A stretch of 55,290 nt of DNA from a virus (Duplodnaviria; Caudoviricetes). A program made the position numbers and the translations under genes. Location of the stretch: positions 1-55,290 of IMG/VR virus record IMGVR_UViG_3300046373_000115; one strand, 5' to 3'. Below the pieces are notes generated by a model. That model was not told where the DNA came from. It saw only the letters and a list, made by a program, of their open reading frames with translations, and did no database searches. Positions 44,350 through 52,357 of the stretch are shown one piece after another. How positions within the stretch are numbered: the first letter of the stretch is position 1; each line of letters begins with the position of its first letter.

Positions 44350-44628
44350 TCAGTCGTAGGCGCGCGATATCCAGCGGAAAGCGCGTTCTGGGATCGGCTC
44401 GGCGGTGACTTTGATCCAGGCGACCTTCCGCCCGACGTCGCGAGCCTTCTCCTGGAGGTCTCGCGCCACTACGTCGCGAGCGTGTTCGCCAGCTTCCCGG
44501 ATCACTGCTTCCTGGGCGTCGTCGACTCCGCAGACGGGGCAACGCCAACGCTGCGGCTCGGTATCAGGGATGGGCTGCGGAGCCACTTCGCAGACACCGC
44601 ACAGAATTTGGTGCGTGTTCTCAGTCAA
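44350..44628 (-). CDS. Zn-ribbon hypothetical protein (TTG start)
   Basis: GGAGG RBS; CGVC...CPVCG. Confidence 0.6.
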   Translation of the reverse strand: MTENTHQILCGVCEVAPQPIPDTEPQRWRCPVCGVDDAQEAVIREAGEHARDVVARDLQEKARDVGRKVAWIKVTAEPIPERAFRWISRAYD

Positions 44629-44653
44629 GGCTAGGCCTCCAAGGACAGGGCGG

Positions 44654-45106
44654 TCATTGCTTGAGGTCTGGAAGAGCCGGTTCCAATGATGCCGGGAGGA
44701 CTGGAAGAGGCGTGTCGCACCTAGATAGCCATAAGCTTCTGAAGGAGATTTGATCTTCCCATTGCTGGAGGGTTTGCGGGCCAACGCCAGGCGCCAGCCG
44801 CTCATCTGGTAGGCCCGGTTCGATGCTCGCCTCTCCGCTTTCCACGTAAAAGTGCCGGAATCCGATGTAGGCTCCGTAGCTGTTCTTGGCGTTGACCTCG
44901 CCGCACACGGCCCTTTCGCCGCGCTTCACATTGCGAAACTGCGCAGACGAAGGGTCCTTCAGATCGCGGGCGACAAGCTCCTTCGCCGTCGAAACCGTCG
45001 ACCATTTCTTGATCAACTTCGGGCCGACCAAGACCGCGAACACTGCCCAGACCACGACGGCGCCGAGCGCCATCAGCATGGTTGATCGGTCCATCCGAAA
45101 TGTCAT
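44654..45106 (-). CDS. membrane-anchored periplasmic protein
   Basis: N-terminal TM; LKDPSSAQFRNV...VCGEVNAKNSYGAYIGF motif. Confidence 0.75.
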   Translation of the reverse strand: MTFRMDRSTMLMALGAVVVWAVFAVLVGPKLIKKWSTVSTAKELVARDLKDPSSAQFRNVKRGERAVCGEVNAKNSYGAYIGFRHFYVESGEASIEPGLPDERLAPGVGPQTLQQWEDQISFRSLWLSRCDTPLPVLPASLEPALPDLKQ

Positions 45107-45594
45107 CAGTCTGGATCGACGATTGACGGCGTGGTAGCGACGATCATCGGCTTGCCGATGATCCGAGCCTTCTGCTCGTCAAATTCCGCCTGGGTGATGG
45201 CTCCGCTCTCTTTGAGAGCCGCGTATTTCGTCAGCTCGTCCGCAGGATCCAGTTTCACGGCAGCGGGCGTGGAGGAAGCGTTCAGCCGGGACATGAGGGC
45301 CCCGTTGTGTTGCGCAATCATGCCTGGGATCGTGAAAAGGTCGATCAACAGCCAAATGCCCAGCGCAACGAAGAAGATCACTCCTACGCCGAACCAGACT
45401 GTGCACCAGCCGAGGACATTGAGGATCAGCTGCCCAACGGCTGAGCCTGTCCGTCCCAGATAGAAGCGATGCCCGCCAAAGCCGCCCGTGAAGAACCACA
45501 GCAGGTATGCGACCCCCGTCGATTTCTTGCTCGACTCGAACGCCATGAGCGCTTGTGTGTCGGCGCTCAGGCCGGTCTGCGAAGCGGTGTTCAT
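45106..45594 (-). CDS. TM2 domain protein with C-terminal SHOCT domain
   Basis: KKSTGVAYLLWFFTGGFGGHRFYLG; ADELTKYAALKESGAITQAEFDEQKARI. Confidence 0.88.
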   Translation of the reverse strand: MNTASQTGLSADTQALMAFESSKKSTGVAYLLWFFTGGFGGHRFYLGRTGSAVGQLILNVLGWCTVWFGVGVIFFVALGIWLLIDLFTIPGMIAQHNGALMSRLNASSTPAAVKLDPADELTKYAALKESGAITQAEFDEQKARIIGKPMIVATTPSIVDPD

Positions 45595-45618
45595 TATTCC
45601 CCCTAACCGCGTGGCGGC

Positions 45619-45918
45619 CTAGCTGACTTTCTGAAGCGTCTTGGCTATCTCGACGAGCTGCTCACGTTGGACCGGCTGCATCTTTTCCCAGAGATCCCAA
45701 ATCGCCTCCGGGTCGTTGGGGTCGCGCTTAATGAGATCGGTTGTCGAGCAGTTCAGAGCGTCGGCGGCGCGTTCCAAAAACTCCAGGTCGGGGCTTTGGG
45801 CACCGCGCTCGATCTTGGAGATAAATGGCTGGCCGACGCCCATGCGCTCCGCCAGTTGCTCCTGGTTCAGATCCCGGAACTTGCGCCATTCCCGGATGAA
45901 GTGCCGTTGCTTCGCCAT
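45619..45918 (-). CDS. cI-like XRE HTH repressor without peptidase domain
   Basis: IREWRKFRDLNQEQLAERMGVGQPFISKIERG; divergent from cro. Confidence 0.88.
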   Translation of the reverse strand: MAKQRHFIREWRKFRDLNQEQLAERMGVGQPFISKIERGAQSPDLEFLERAADALNCSTTDLIKRDPNDPEAIWDLWEKMQPVQREQLVEIAKTLQKVS

Positions 45919-45920
45919 AA

Positions 45921-46012
45921 GGCATATTGTGAAGGAGCCGGCTGGCATGGTTTAGGGCCTGCTTGGAATAAATAGGCTGGACAGGAATATTCCTAATAGG
46001 CATATTCCGGCC
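45921..46012. promoter_or_regulatory. OR/PR: operators GGCATATTG (45921), AGGAATATTCCT (45983-45994), GGCATATTCC (45999-46008)
   Basis: Perfect 12-bp palindrome; TGGACA-N17-CATATT ends 6 nt before the cro ATG. Confidence 0.8.
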
Positions 46013-46207
46013 ATGACCTTAGACGAGCACATGAGCGCCAACCGCATCACCGATGCCGAACTCGCGGCGAAGGTCGGAGTGTCCCAGCCTACGATGTGGC
46101 GCATCCGCAACCGGAAGCGCCGCCCCAAGGTGGAAGTTGCGCGGAAGATCGAGGCTGCGACGGGCATTCCCGCAGCCGAACTCGTTCTTGCCGACATTGA
46201 TCAGTAG
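46013..46207 (+). CDS. Cro-like HTH protein
   Basis: 64 aa: TDAELAAKVGVSQPTMWRIRNRKRRP. Confidence 0.88.
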   Translation: MTLDEHMSANRITDAELAAKVGVSQPTMWRIRNRKRRPKVEVARKIEAATGIPAAELVLADIDQ

Positions 46208-46215
46208 GGGCGCGG

Positions 46216-46638
46216 TTAGATGCCTCTGCAGCCGCCGCATGCCGAGCAGGCTCGCTGGAGCTCCTCGAGCGCCTTTACAGGCGATGGCGCTCCTTTGCGG
46301 GCCGGCAGCGCCTTCAGGCCTGCGGATGCGCGGCGCATGTTCACCCCGCACCGTGCGACTTCCAACTGCGTTCGCTTTCCGGTGGCCAAAATCGACGCGA
46401 GGGCCAGGCGAACTGAGGGCGCTTCGGCTCGATCGGAAGGGAATGGGACGACGGTAGCGGCGGCTTCGGGCATAGACCTGACTCGCCGTTGTGACTCCGC
46501 CAAAAGCGGTCGCAGGCCCGTTAACGAATTGGCTTTGGTCAATCCGTCGCAGCGCTGCAACGCGAGCAAAGCGGCCTGCACTTCGACCGGCGCCCGTAGC
46601 GCTCTGAGCATCACGGACACCGTGTGCGGGTCGTACAT
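46216..46638 (-). CDS. hypothetical antisense protein (140 aa, MYDPHT...)
   Basis: GGGAG RBS; convergent with cro; C-terminal CSACGGC. Confidence 0.4.
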   Translation of the reverse strand: MYDPHTVSVMLRALRAPVEVQAALLALQRCDGLTKANSLTGLRPLLAESQRRVRSMPEAAATVVPFPSDRAEAPSVRLALASILATGKRTQLEVARCGVNMRRASAGLKALPARKGAPSPVKALEELQRACSACGGCRGI

Positions 46639-47219
46639 CTTGGCTCCCCCCAGCGATCGTCGATTTGCGACAGACGCTACGGCGAAGGTTTCCCCCCGTC
46701 TGGGACAATCGAACCTGTGTGACACGGAGTCGCACGCGCGGTTGTATTTTGCCGCACCACTGCAGGTCGCCGCCTGATGCGCGCCGGGGGGCAACAATCG
46801 AACATTGCGCTGATGCGGAGCTGCGACGGGGCCGGGCGCGATGAGGCGCGGGGGAGCGATCGTGATTGGGCGCATCCCTCGCGCCAGACCTCTTCACAGT
46901 TCACCAGCTTCGCCGGGGTGCGTGTCACCGCCCAGGTGAACGGGCGCGGCCGGGCTTACCCCCGGCTCGGTCGCGCCCAAGCCCATAGCGATGTAGCCCG
47001 CAGCGACGCGGGACCATCTCGCCGCGATCTTTTCGAGACCCCCGTGATCGCCAAGTCGGCGCGCGGCCGCTCGATTTCGGCCCGCCGCGACCCCCGCTCG
47101 GATCGCGCCGCCTATCCAGTCTTCCATCACCAGTCCCCACCGGTCGTCGCGAACTGCGACCGGCGGAACATGCGCGCCGCAGCGCAGCAAATCACCTTGC
47201 ACAACGGAGCCATCGCGCA

Positions 47220-47672
47220 ATGAAGGCCCTCGAATTCGAGCCTGCCATGCTCAAGGCGTTGTTCAAGCAGCTGGTCGCCGCGATCGGCACCCAGGACGCT
47301 TGCGCCGCCTACCTCAACATCACCCGCCAGCGCGTCGGCCAGCTGCTCAGCCTGAGCGAGGACCACACCGGCGACATCCCGACTTGGGGGCAGGTCTTCA
47401 CGCTGGAGAAGGCGCTGGAGCGGTCGGTGGTCTTCGCTGGCCTTGCCAAGTTGGTTCAGGGCGAGCCGGCGGAAGACCTCATGGCGACTTCAGTCGACTG
47501 CTCGCTGGCCTCGGCCGCCGCCATGGGAGCCATCGTCGAGATGCGCGCCGACGGGGTTGAGGAGCCGCACGAGCAGAAGCGGGCCGAGGAGACCGCGCGC
47601 GAGAACTTCCTGAAGGCCCAGCGCCATCTTGAGGCGGTGCTGGCCCGTCGCAACATCCGGGCGGTGTCGTGA
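47220..47672 (+). CDS. CII-like regulatory protein
   Basis: LKALFKQLVAAIG....AAYL.ITRQ.V; position after cro. Confidence 0.65.
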   Translation: MKALEFEPAMLKALFKQLVAAIGTQDACAAYLNITRQRVGQLLSLSEDHTGDIPTWGQVFTLEKALERSVVFAGLAKLVQGEPAEDLMATSVDCSLASAAAMGAIVEMRADGVEEPHEQKRAEETARENFLKAQRHLEAVLARRNIRAVS

Positions 47673-47977
47673 TGAGCGGGACGCTGCCTGACGATCGTCG
47701 CCCGATCATCGTCATGGTCGGCTCTGCCTTCTCTCTGACCGCCGCTGTGACGGAGGCCTTGTCGCGCCATGAGGTGCACATCGTCTCGCCTGACGTGGTT
47801 CTGGAGACCGATCAACGCGGAATGCCGACTCCGGTCGACACGGTCCGGATGATCGAGATGATCCAGCGCCCGGAGATGCGCGCCGAGGTCTTCTTGCCGC
47901 CGCCGGAGCGCCCGTGGAAGCAGAAGCGCTCGCGCAACTTCAAGCGCTCGCAGAAGCGGGGTCGCCGCCATGCGTGA
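47669..47977 (+). CDS. hypothetical protein
   Basis: 102 aa, coupled, basic C-terminus. Confidence 0.55.
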   Translation: MMSGTLPDDRRPIIVMVGSAFSLTAAVTEALSRHEVHIVSPDVVLETDQRGMPTPVDTVRMIEMIQRPEMRAEVFLPPPERPWKQKRSRNFKRSQKRGRRHA

Positions 47978-48071
47978 TCCGCGCTTTCCCGTCGCCTTCG
48001 CTGCAGCGCTGTCCGCCGCTCTCTGGCTGACCATCTGCACCCTCGTTTCCGTCATCCGCAGATCGCTCTGA
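47970..48071 (+). CDS. small membrane peptide (33 aa)
   Basis: Hydrophobic; overlaps the upstream stop. Confidence 0.4.
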   Translation: MRDPRFPVAFAAALSAALWLTICTLVSVIRRSL

Positions 48072-48127
48072 CGGGCCTAGCCGCAAGCGCTGGGCGGCTT
48101 TTTCCAGCGTATCTGAAGGAGGCCTCG

Positions 48128-48841
48128 ATGGCCCGTAAGCCCAAAGATGATAGCGAGCCGCCCAAGGCCGGTCACAACAATCCGCCGCTGACGAAGGAAG
48201 ATCGCGCGGCGCTGCTGGTCCACCACGTCGCCAAGCTTCGCGGCCAACTCGGCGAGATCGAGATCGCCCGCGCGCCGTTCAAGGCGGCGCAGGAAGCCCT
48301 GACCGATCTGGTCAACACCGCCAAGGGCGACCTAGGCAAGGCCTACAGCCGCAAGCGCCTGCTGGCCCTGTGCGAAGACGTCGGCTCGCGTCTCCGCGAT
48401 CTGGCCAAGGAAGAAGAACAGCGCTTCCAGGACCGCGTAGCCCTCGGCCTGCCGGTCTTCGGCGTCCAGCAAGACCTGTTCGGCGGCAACGCCTCGGCCA
48501 TGCCGCAGGAAAAGCGCGACGAGTTCGAATGGCAGTCGGACGGCTTCCTGGCCGGCCGTCGCGGCGACGAGCGCAAGGCCCCCGAGGGCTGTCCGCCTCG
48601 CATGGATCAGTTCTGGCTCACCGGCTACGACCTGGGCCAGGCCGAGACCGTGAAGTCCTTCTCCAAGGTCGAGGAGATGATCTCGGCCCGCACGCCGAAA
48701 GAGCCCGAGCCCGAGCCGACCGAGTTCGACCCCGACAAGGAGGCTCGTGCCCTGAAGAAGAGCGGCTTCCTCGACACCACGGCGCCGGACGATGACGACG
48801 ACAGCGAACACGCTCAACCCGAACTGGCGGCGGCCGAGTAA
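48128..48841 (+). CDS. hypothetical protein, possibly GapR-like N-terminus plus Rmf-like C-terminal motif
   Basis: AAGGAGG RBS; GHN leader, helical AK..G segment, DGFLAGRRG...P...WLTGY. Confidence 0.55.
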   Translation: MARKPKDDSEPPKAGHNNPPLTKEDRAALLVHHVAKLRGQLGEIEIARAPFKAAQEALTDLVNTAKGDLGKAYSRKRLLALCEDVGSRLRDLAKEEEQRFQDRVALGLPVFGVQQDLFGGNASAMPQEKRDEFEWQSDGFLAGRRGDERKAPEGCPPRMDQFWLTGYDLGQAETVKSFSKVEEMISARTPKEPEPEPTEFDPDKEARALKKSGFLDTTAPDDDDDSEHAQPELAAAE

Positions 48842-49275
48842 TGGCGCCGCTGGCCTTCTCCGTGACGATCGATCCGCGCGGAAAGGGGCGCCCTCGCACA
48901 GCCGTGCGCGGGAACCACGCCACGATCTACACGGACTCCCGAACCCGCGCCTATGAGGCCAAGGTCCGTGGCGTCGCTGAGAAGGCCATGGCCGGCGCGC
49001 CGCCGCTCGAGGGCCCGCTGGCGGTGTCCCTCCGGTTTCGGCTGCCGATCCCTGTCAGCTACTCGAAGAAGCGCCGCGCCGCGATCCTGGCGGGCCAGGA
49101 GCCGTTCTACGGCCAATTCGACGCCGACAACCTCGGCAAGGCTCTGCTGGACGCCTTCAACGCCGTCGTCTTCGTCGACGACAAGCAGATCACCCAGCTG
49201 ATGATCATCAAGACCCCCGCCGAGCGCGGCGGCGTCGACATCCACATCACCCCCATTTCAGGAGCTGCCGCGTGA
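48841..49275 (+). CDS. rusA: RusA family Holliday junction resolvase
   Basis: PRGKGRPR, DADNLGKALLDAFNAVVFVDDKQI. Confidence 0.92.
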   Translation: MAPLAFSVTIDPRGKGRPRTAVRGNHATIYTDSRTRAYEAKVRGVAEKAMAGAPPLEGPLAVSLRFRLPIPVSYSKKRRAAILAGQEPFYGQFDADNLGKALLDAFNAVVFVDDKQITQLMIIKTPAERGGVDIHITPISGAAA

Positions 49276-49736
49276 ACCAGCCTCGCGTGATCGACCTTTC
49301 GCGCCCGCGCGCGCCCGACCTGGCCCCCGAGCCTCGCTTCAGACGGACTGCGCAGGACAACAAGCATGCGCGGCCCTGGCGTCAGCCGAACGACGGCCCG
49401 GGCTGTCTGGAAGAGCGCCAGCGCAAGTCGGACGCCATCCGCGCCGTGATGATCAAGCCGACCACCAGCACCAACCGCGACAGCCATGCCGCCCGGTCGG
49501 CGGCCTTCGAGGAGCGGATGCTCCAGGCGCTTCACAACATCGCCGCCGGCGCCGAGATCCTGAACGACATCGCCGAGCCGATGAACGTCGGGATCGAGCG
49601 GGTGCGAGACCTCCTCGCCGAAGCGCTGCGACGCGGCTTGGTGAGCAAGAAGCCCCTTCCACAGCAGGGCCGGACCTTCAACGTCTGGGCGCTCACCGAG
49701 GCGGGCCTGGCCCTGGTCGGCGGGGTCGGCCAATGA
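49272..49736 (+). CDS. winged-helix hypothetical protein
   Basis: C-terminal wHTH-like segment ending VWALTEAG. Confidence 0.55.
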   Translation: MNQPRVIDLSRPRAPDLAPEPRFRRTAQDNKHARPWRQPNDGPGCLEERQRKSDAIRAVMIKPTTSTNRDSHAARSAAFEERMLQALHNIAAGAEILNDIAEPMNVGIERVRDLLAEALRRGLVSKKPLPQQGRTFNVWALTEAGLALVGGVGQ

Positions 49737-50368
49737 GGAACGAGGACACATTCACGTGGCCAGAACCGGCCGTTGACCGCCTGAAGGCGATGTATCTGGC
49801 CGGGCAGTCTGCCGCCCAAACAGCCAAAGCGATCTCCGCCGAGTTCGGGGCCTCGATTTCGCGCCTTGCCGTCTCGGGGAAAATCAATCGCCTTGGCCTG
49901 TCGCGGACCGTGACGCAGGCGAACGAAGCACAGAAGGCGCACGGGGCTCGCCGGGCGGCCGCGCGCAACCTGAAAGCGCCGCCGGTCCCCAAGGGCCCGC
50001 CCAATCCTGTCGGGGCCAATGCGTCGCGCACCTATGAGGCGCCTCCGGTAGATGGCCCGCTGACCGACCGTCAGAAGGCCGTCGATGCGATCGCCATCTC
50101 GCCGAAGGTCATGCTCGATCCGGCATGGGGTGGTTGCCGGTGGCCGCTCTATCGGACGACCTCCGATGGAACGCCGCTGTCGTGCTGCAACGATCGCCCG
50201 GCCGGCAAGCAATACTGCCCAGGGCATCATCGCCTCGCTTTCCAGGCCACCCGCCCGGCGGACGCTAAGGCCAATGACGCCAAGACCAGGGCGGAGAACG
50301 TCCAGCGCTCCGGCGCGCGTCTTGGAGCGACCCGGCACTTCAACACCCCGATCGCGGTGGCGTCGTGA
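49733..50368 (+). CDS. GcrA family cell-cycle regulator homolog
   Basis: TWPEPAVDRLKAMYLAGQSAAQTA...SRLAVSGKINRLGL; CRWP...CC....YCPGH..LAF. Confidence 0.85.
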   Translation: MRNEDTFTWPEPAVDRLKAMYLAGQSAAQTAKAISAEFGASISRLAVSGKINRLGLSRTVTQANEAQKAHGARRAAARNLKAPPVPKGPPNPVGANASRTYEAPPVDGPLTDRQKAVDAIAISPKVMLDPAWGGCRWPLYRTTSDGTPLSCCNDRPAGKQYCPGHHRLAFQATRPADAKANDAKTRAENVQRSGARLGATRHFNTPIAVAS

Positions 50369-50640
50369 TCCAGAACAGCACCCTCCAGAAGCTGACCGAC
50401 GACGACATCCGCGAGATCCTGCTGACGCCGATGGATGTCGGCCACACAGATCTCGCCAAGCGCTACGACATCTCGTCGACACGGGTCGCCAGCATTCGGA
50501 ACCGCAAGAGCTTCCGCGCCATCGCCCTGGCCAAGGAGCTTGGCCTCTTGCCGCTGTCGCCGAAGCGGTGCGTTTGGGCCGCCCACACCAGGGGCAAGGC
50601 CAGCATCACGGTCACCGCCAGTGCGGCGAGGCGCGCATGA
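50365..50640 (+). CDS. small HTH protein
   Basis: KLTDDDIREI...LAKRYDIS...VASIRNRK. Confidence 0.65.
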   Translation: MIQNSTLQKLTDDDIREILLTPMDVGHTDLAKRYDISSTRVASIRNRKSFRAIALAKELGLLPLSPKRCVWAAHTRGKASITVTASAARRA

Positions 50641-50861
50641 GCGGCGTGATCGACGACATGGCCCACGCGACGATCAGCCGAGCGGCCGGGGAGTGCGGCG
50701 CGCGCAAGCCCTTCCTTCTGGCCATCATCCGGATCGCCGTCGAGATGCTGTCCGAGATGATCGGCTTCGACGAAACCGCCCGGTACCTCGCCCCGATGGC
50801 GCACACCTACGCGCGGAAGGCGGCGTCGCTCGGCACGGCCGGCGGGAGGAACCGCCGATGA
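50637..50861 (+). CDS. hypothetical protein
   Basis: ATGA-coupled, 74 aa. Confidence 0.55.
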   Translation: MSGVIDDMAHATISRAAGECGARKPFLLAIIRIAVEMLSEMIGFDETARYLAPMAHTYARKAASLGTAGGRNRR

Positions 50862-51070
50862 TCCTTCAGCCCTCCGTTCAATCGGCCATCGACCGCGGAC
50901 TCCGCACGTCCGAGGAAATCCAGATCGAACACGCCCGACTGCGCGGTGACTTCGAAGCAGTCCTGCGTCTCGTCGGCTTCAAGGGTCTGGACAAGATCAT
51001 CGCCACCGAGCGGCAGCGTCTGGCTGAGCGCTTCCCCCTTCAGTCTCGATCGGAGGGTTTCATCTCGTGA
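50858..51070 (+). CDS. hypothetical protein
   Basis: GGGAGG RBS, 70 aa. Confidence 0.55.
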   Translation: MILQPSVQSAIDRGLRTSEEIQIEHARLRGDFEAVLRLVGFKGLDKIIATERQRLAERFPLQSRSEGFIS

Positions 51071-51396
51071 CCCCGAAAGAACAACAGACCCTCGACGCCT
51101 TGCGCCGCTTGACCGTCGGCGCAGTGTCACCGTCCCTGGATGTGATCGCCTCCGAGATCGGCTCCAGCAAGAGCCACGTTCACAAGCACCTCGCCAGCCT
51201 GAAGGCCAAGGGCGTTGTCGACTGGAAGCCGCGATCCTGGCGCTCAATCACCATCGTCCGCGAAGGCCCCACCCGCGAGCAGATGGCCCGCTGGTCCTCG
51301 GCCGAGCTGAGCCGGGTTCGCGCCGAGGCCTACGCGATCCTCGATGAGCGGCTGGACCAACCGGCGGGCGCCGGCCATCGGCGGGTGTCGGCATGA
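51067..51396 (+). CDS. LexA-type DNA-binding domain protein without peptidase
   Basis: TPKEQQTL...SPSLDVIASEIG.SKS.VHKHL..L..KG.....R.I. Confidence 0.75.
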   Translation: MTPKEQQTLDALRRLTVGAVSPSLDVIASEIGSSKSHVHKHLASLKAKGVVDWKPRSWRSITIVREGPTREQMARWSSAELSRVRAEAYAILDERLDQPAGAGHRRVSA

Positions 51397-52166
51397 CCTT
51401 CCGCACGGAAATCATCGGCGACGCGACGCTCTACCTGGGTGACACCTTTGATGTCATGCCGACCCTGTCCGGCATCGACCATGTGATCGGCGACCCGCCA
51501 TACGAGAAGGAGGCCCACAAGCAGGGCCGGCGGACGCAGGCTTCAGTGAAGCGCGGCGAGAACGCCGACCTCGATTTCGACGCGATCACCGAAGATCAAC
51601 GCCTTCGAACGGCCGCTGAAGGCGTCCGCCTGTCCCGTGGCTGGTTGCTGCTGTTTTGTCAGGCCGAGGCGGCTGGCGTCTGGCGCGACGCCATCGAGGC
51701 GGGTGGCGGCAAATACAAGCGCACCATGGTCTGGATCAAGCCGGACTCCACCCCCCAACTGAACGGGCAGATGCCCGCGCCTGGATACGAGAGCATGCCG
51801 CTGGCTTGGTGCGGCGCCGGTCACAGCAACTGGAATGGCGGCGGCAAGCGCGGGGTCTACACCCGCATGACCAACGCGCCTGACCGCCACGGCGTCCACA
51901 AGACCGAAAAGCCGGTCCTGCTAATGACGGACCTCATTGCCGACTTCACCCAGTACGGCCAGACGGTTCTGGACCCGTTTATGGGATCTGGCACCACGGG
52001 CGTTGCGTGCGCTCGGCTCGGACGGAAGTTCGTCGGCGTCGAGCTGAACGAAACGTATTTCGATATTGCCTGCCGACGGATCGAGCAGGCGTACATGCAG
52101 CCGCGCCTGTTCGCGGAGCCGCCGCCCAAGCCCGTCCAGACCTCCATGCTGGAGAGCTTTGGATGA
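51393..52166 (+). CDS. N6A/N4C DNA methyltransferase (beta class)
   Basis: DPPY, HKTEKP, VLDPFMGSGTTG. Confidence 0.92.
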   Translation: MTFRTEIIGDATLYLGDTFDVMPTLSGIDHVIGDPPYEKEAHKQGRRTQASVKRGENADLDFDAITEDQRLRTAAEGVRLSRGWLLLFCQAEAAGVWRDAIEAGGGKYKRTMVWIKPDSTPQLNGQMPAPGYESMPLAWCGAGHSNWNGGGKRGVYTRMTNAPDRHGVHKTEKPVLLMTDLIADFTQYGQTVLDPFMGSGTTGVACARLGRKFVGVELNETYFDIACRRIEQAYMQPRLFAEPPPKPVQTSMLESFG

Positions 52167-52357
52167 ACCGTTCCGACGTCCTCGCCGCCGCAAAGTTCTA
52201 CCACGACGGCCTCCGCCGCGAGGCTCGTGCGCGCCGCAAGCGCTACCCCGCCGCCGCTGAGCAGCTGACCCGTCTCGCCGCCCAGGTCGGCCGCCAGATG
52301 GAGGAGATCAAGCACGGCCCTCTGTTCGCTGAGACGCCAAAGGGAGACGCTGCATGA
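52163..52357 (+). CDS. hypothetical protein
   Basis: ATGA-coupled, 64 aa. Confidence 0.6.
   Translation: MNRSDVLAAAKFYHDGLRREARARRKRYPAAAEQLTRLAAQVGRQMEEIKHGPLFAETPKGDAA

Noticed and set aside
46777-47223. 148-aa plus-strand ORF upstream of cII
   Set aside because: Arg/Ala/Ser-rich, no clear RBS or motif; cannot be supported as a gene, although it overlaps the cII start
51067-51396. True LexA repressor
   Set aside because: DNA-binding domain only; no Ala-Gly site or Ser/Lys peptidase domain
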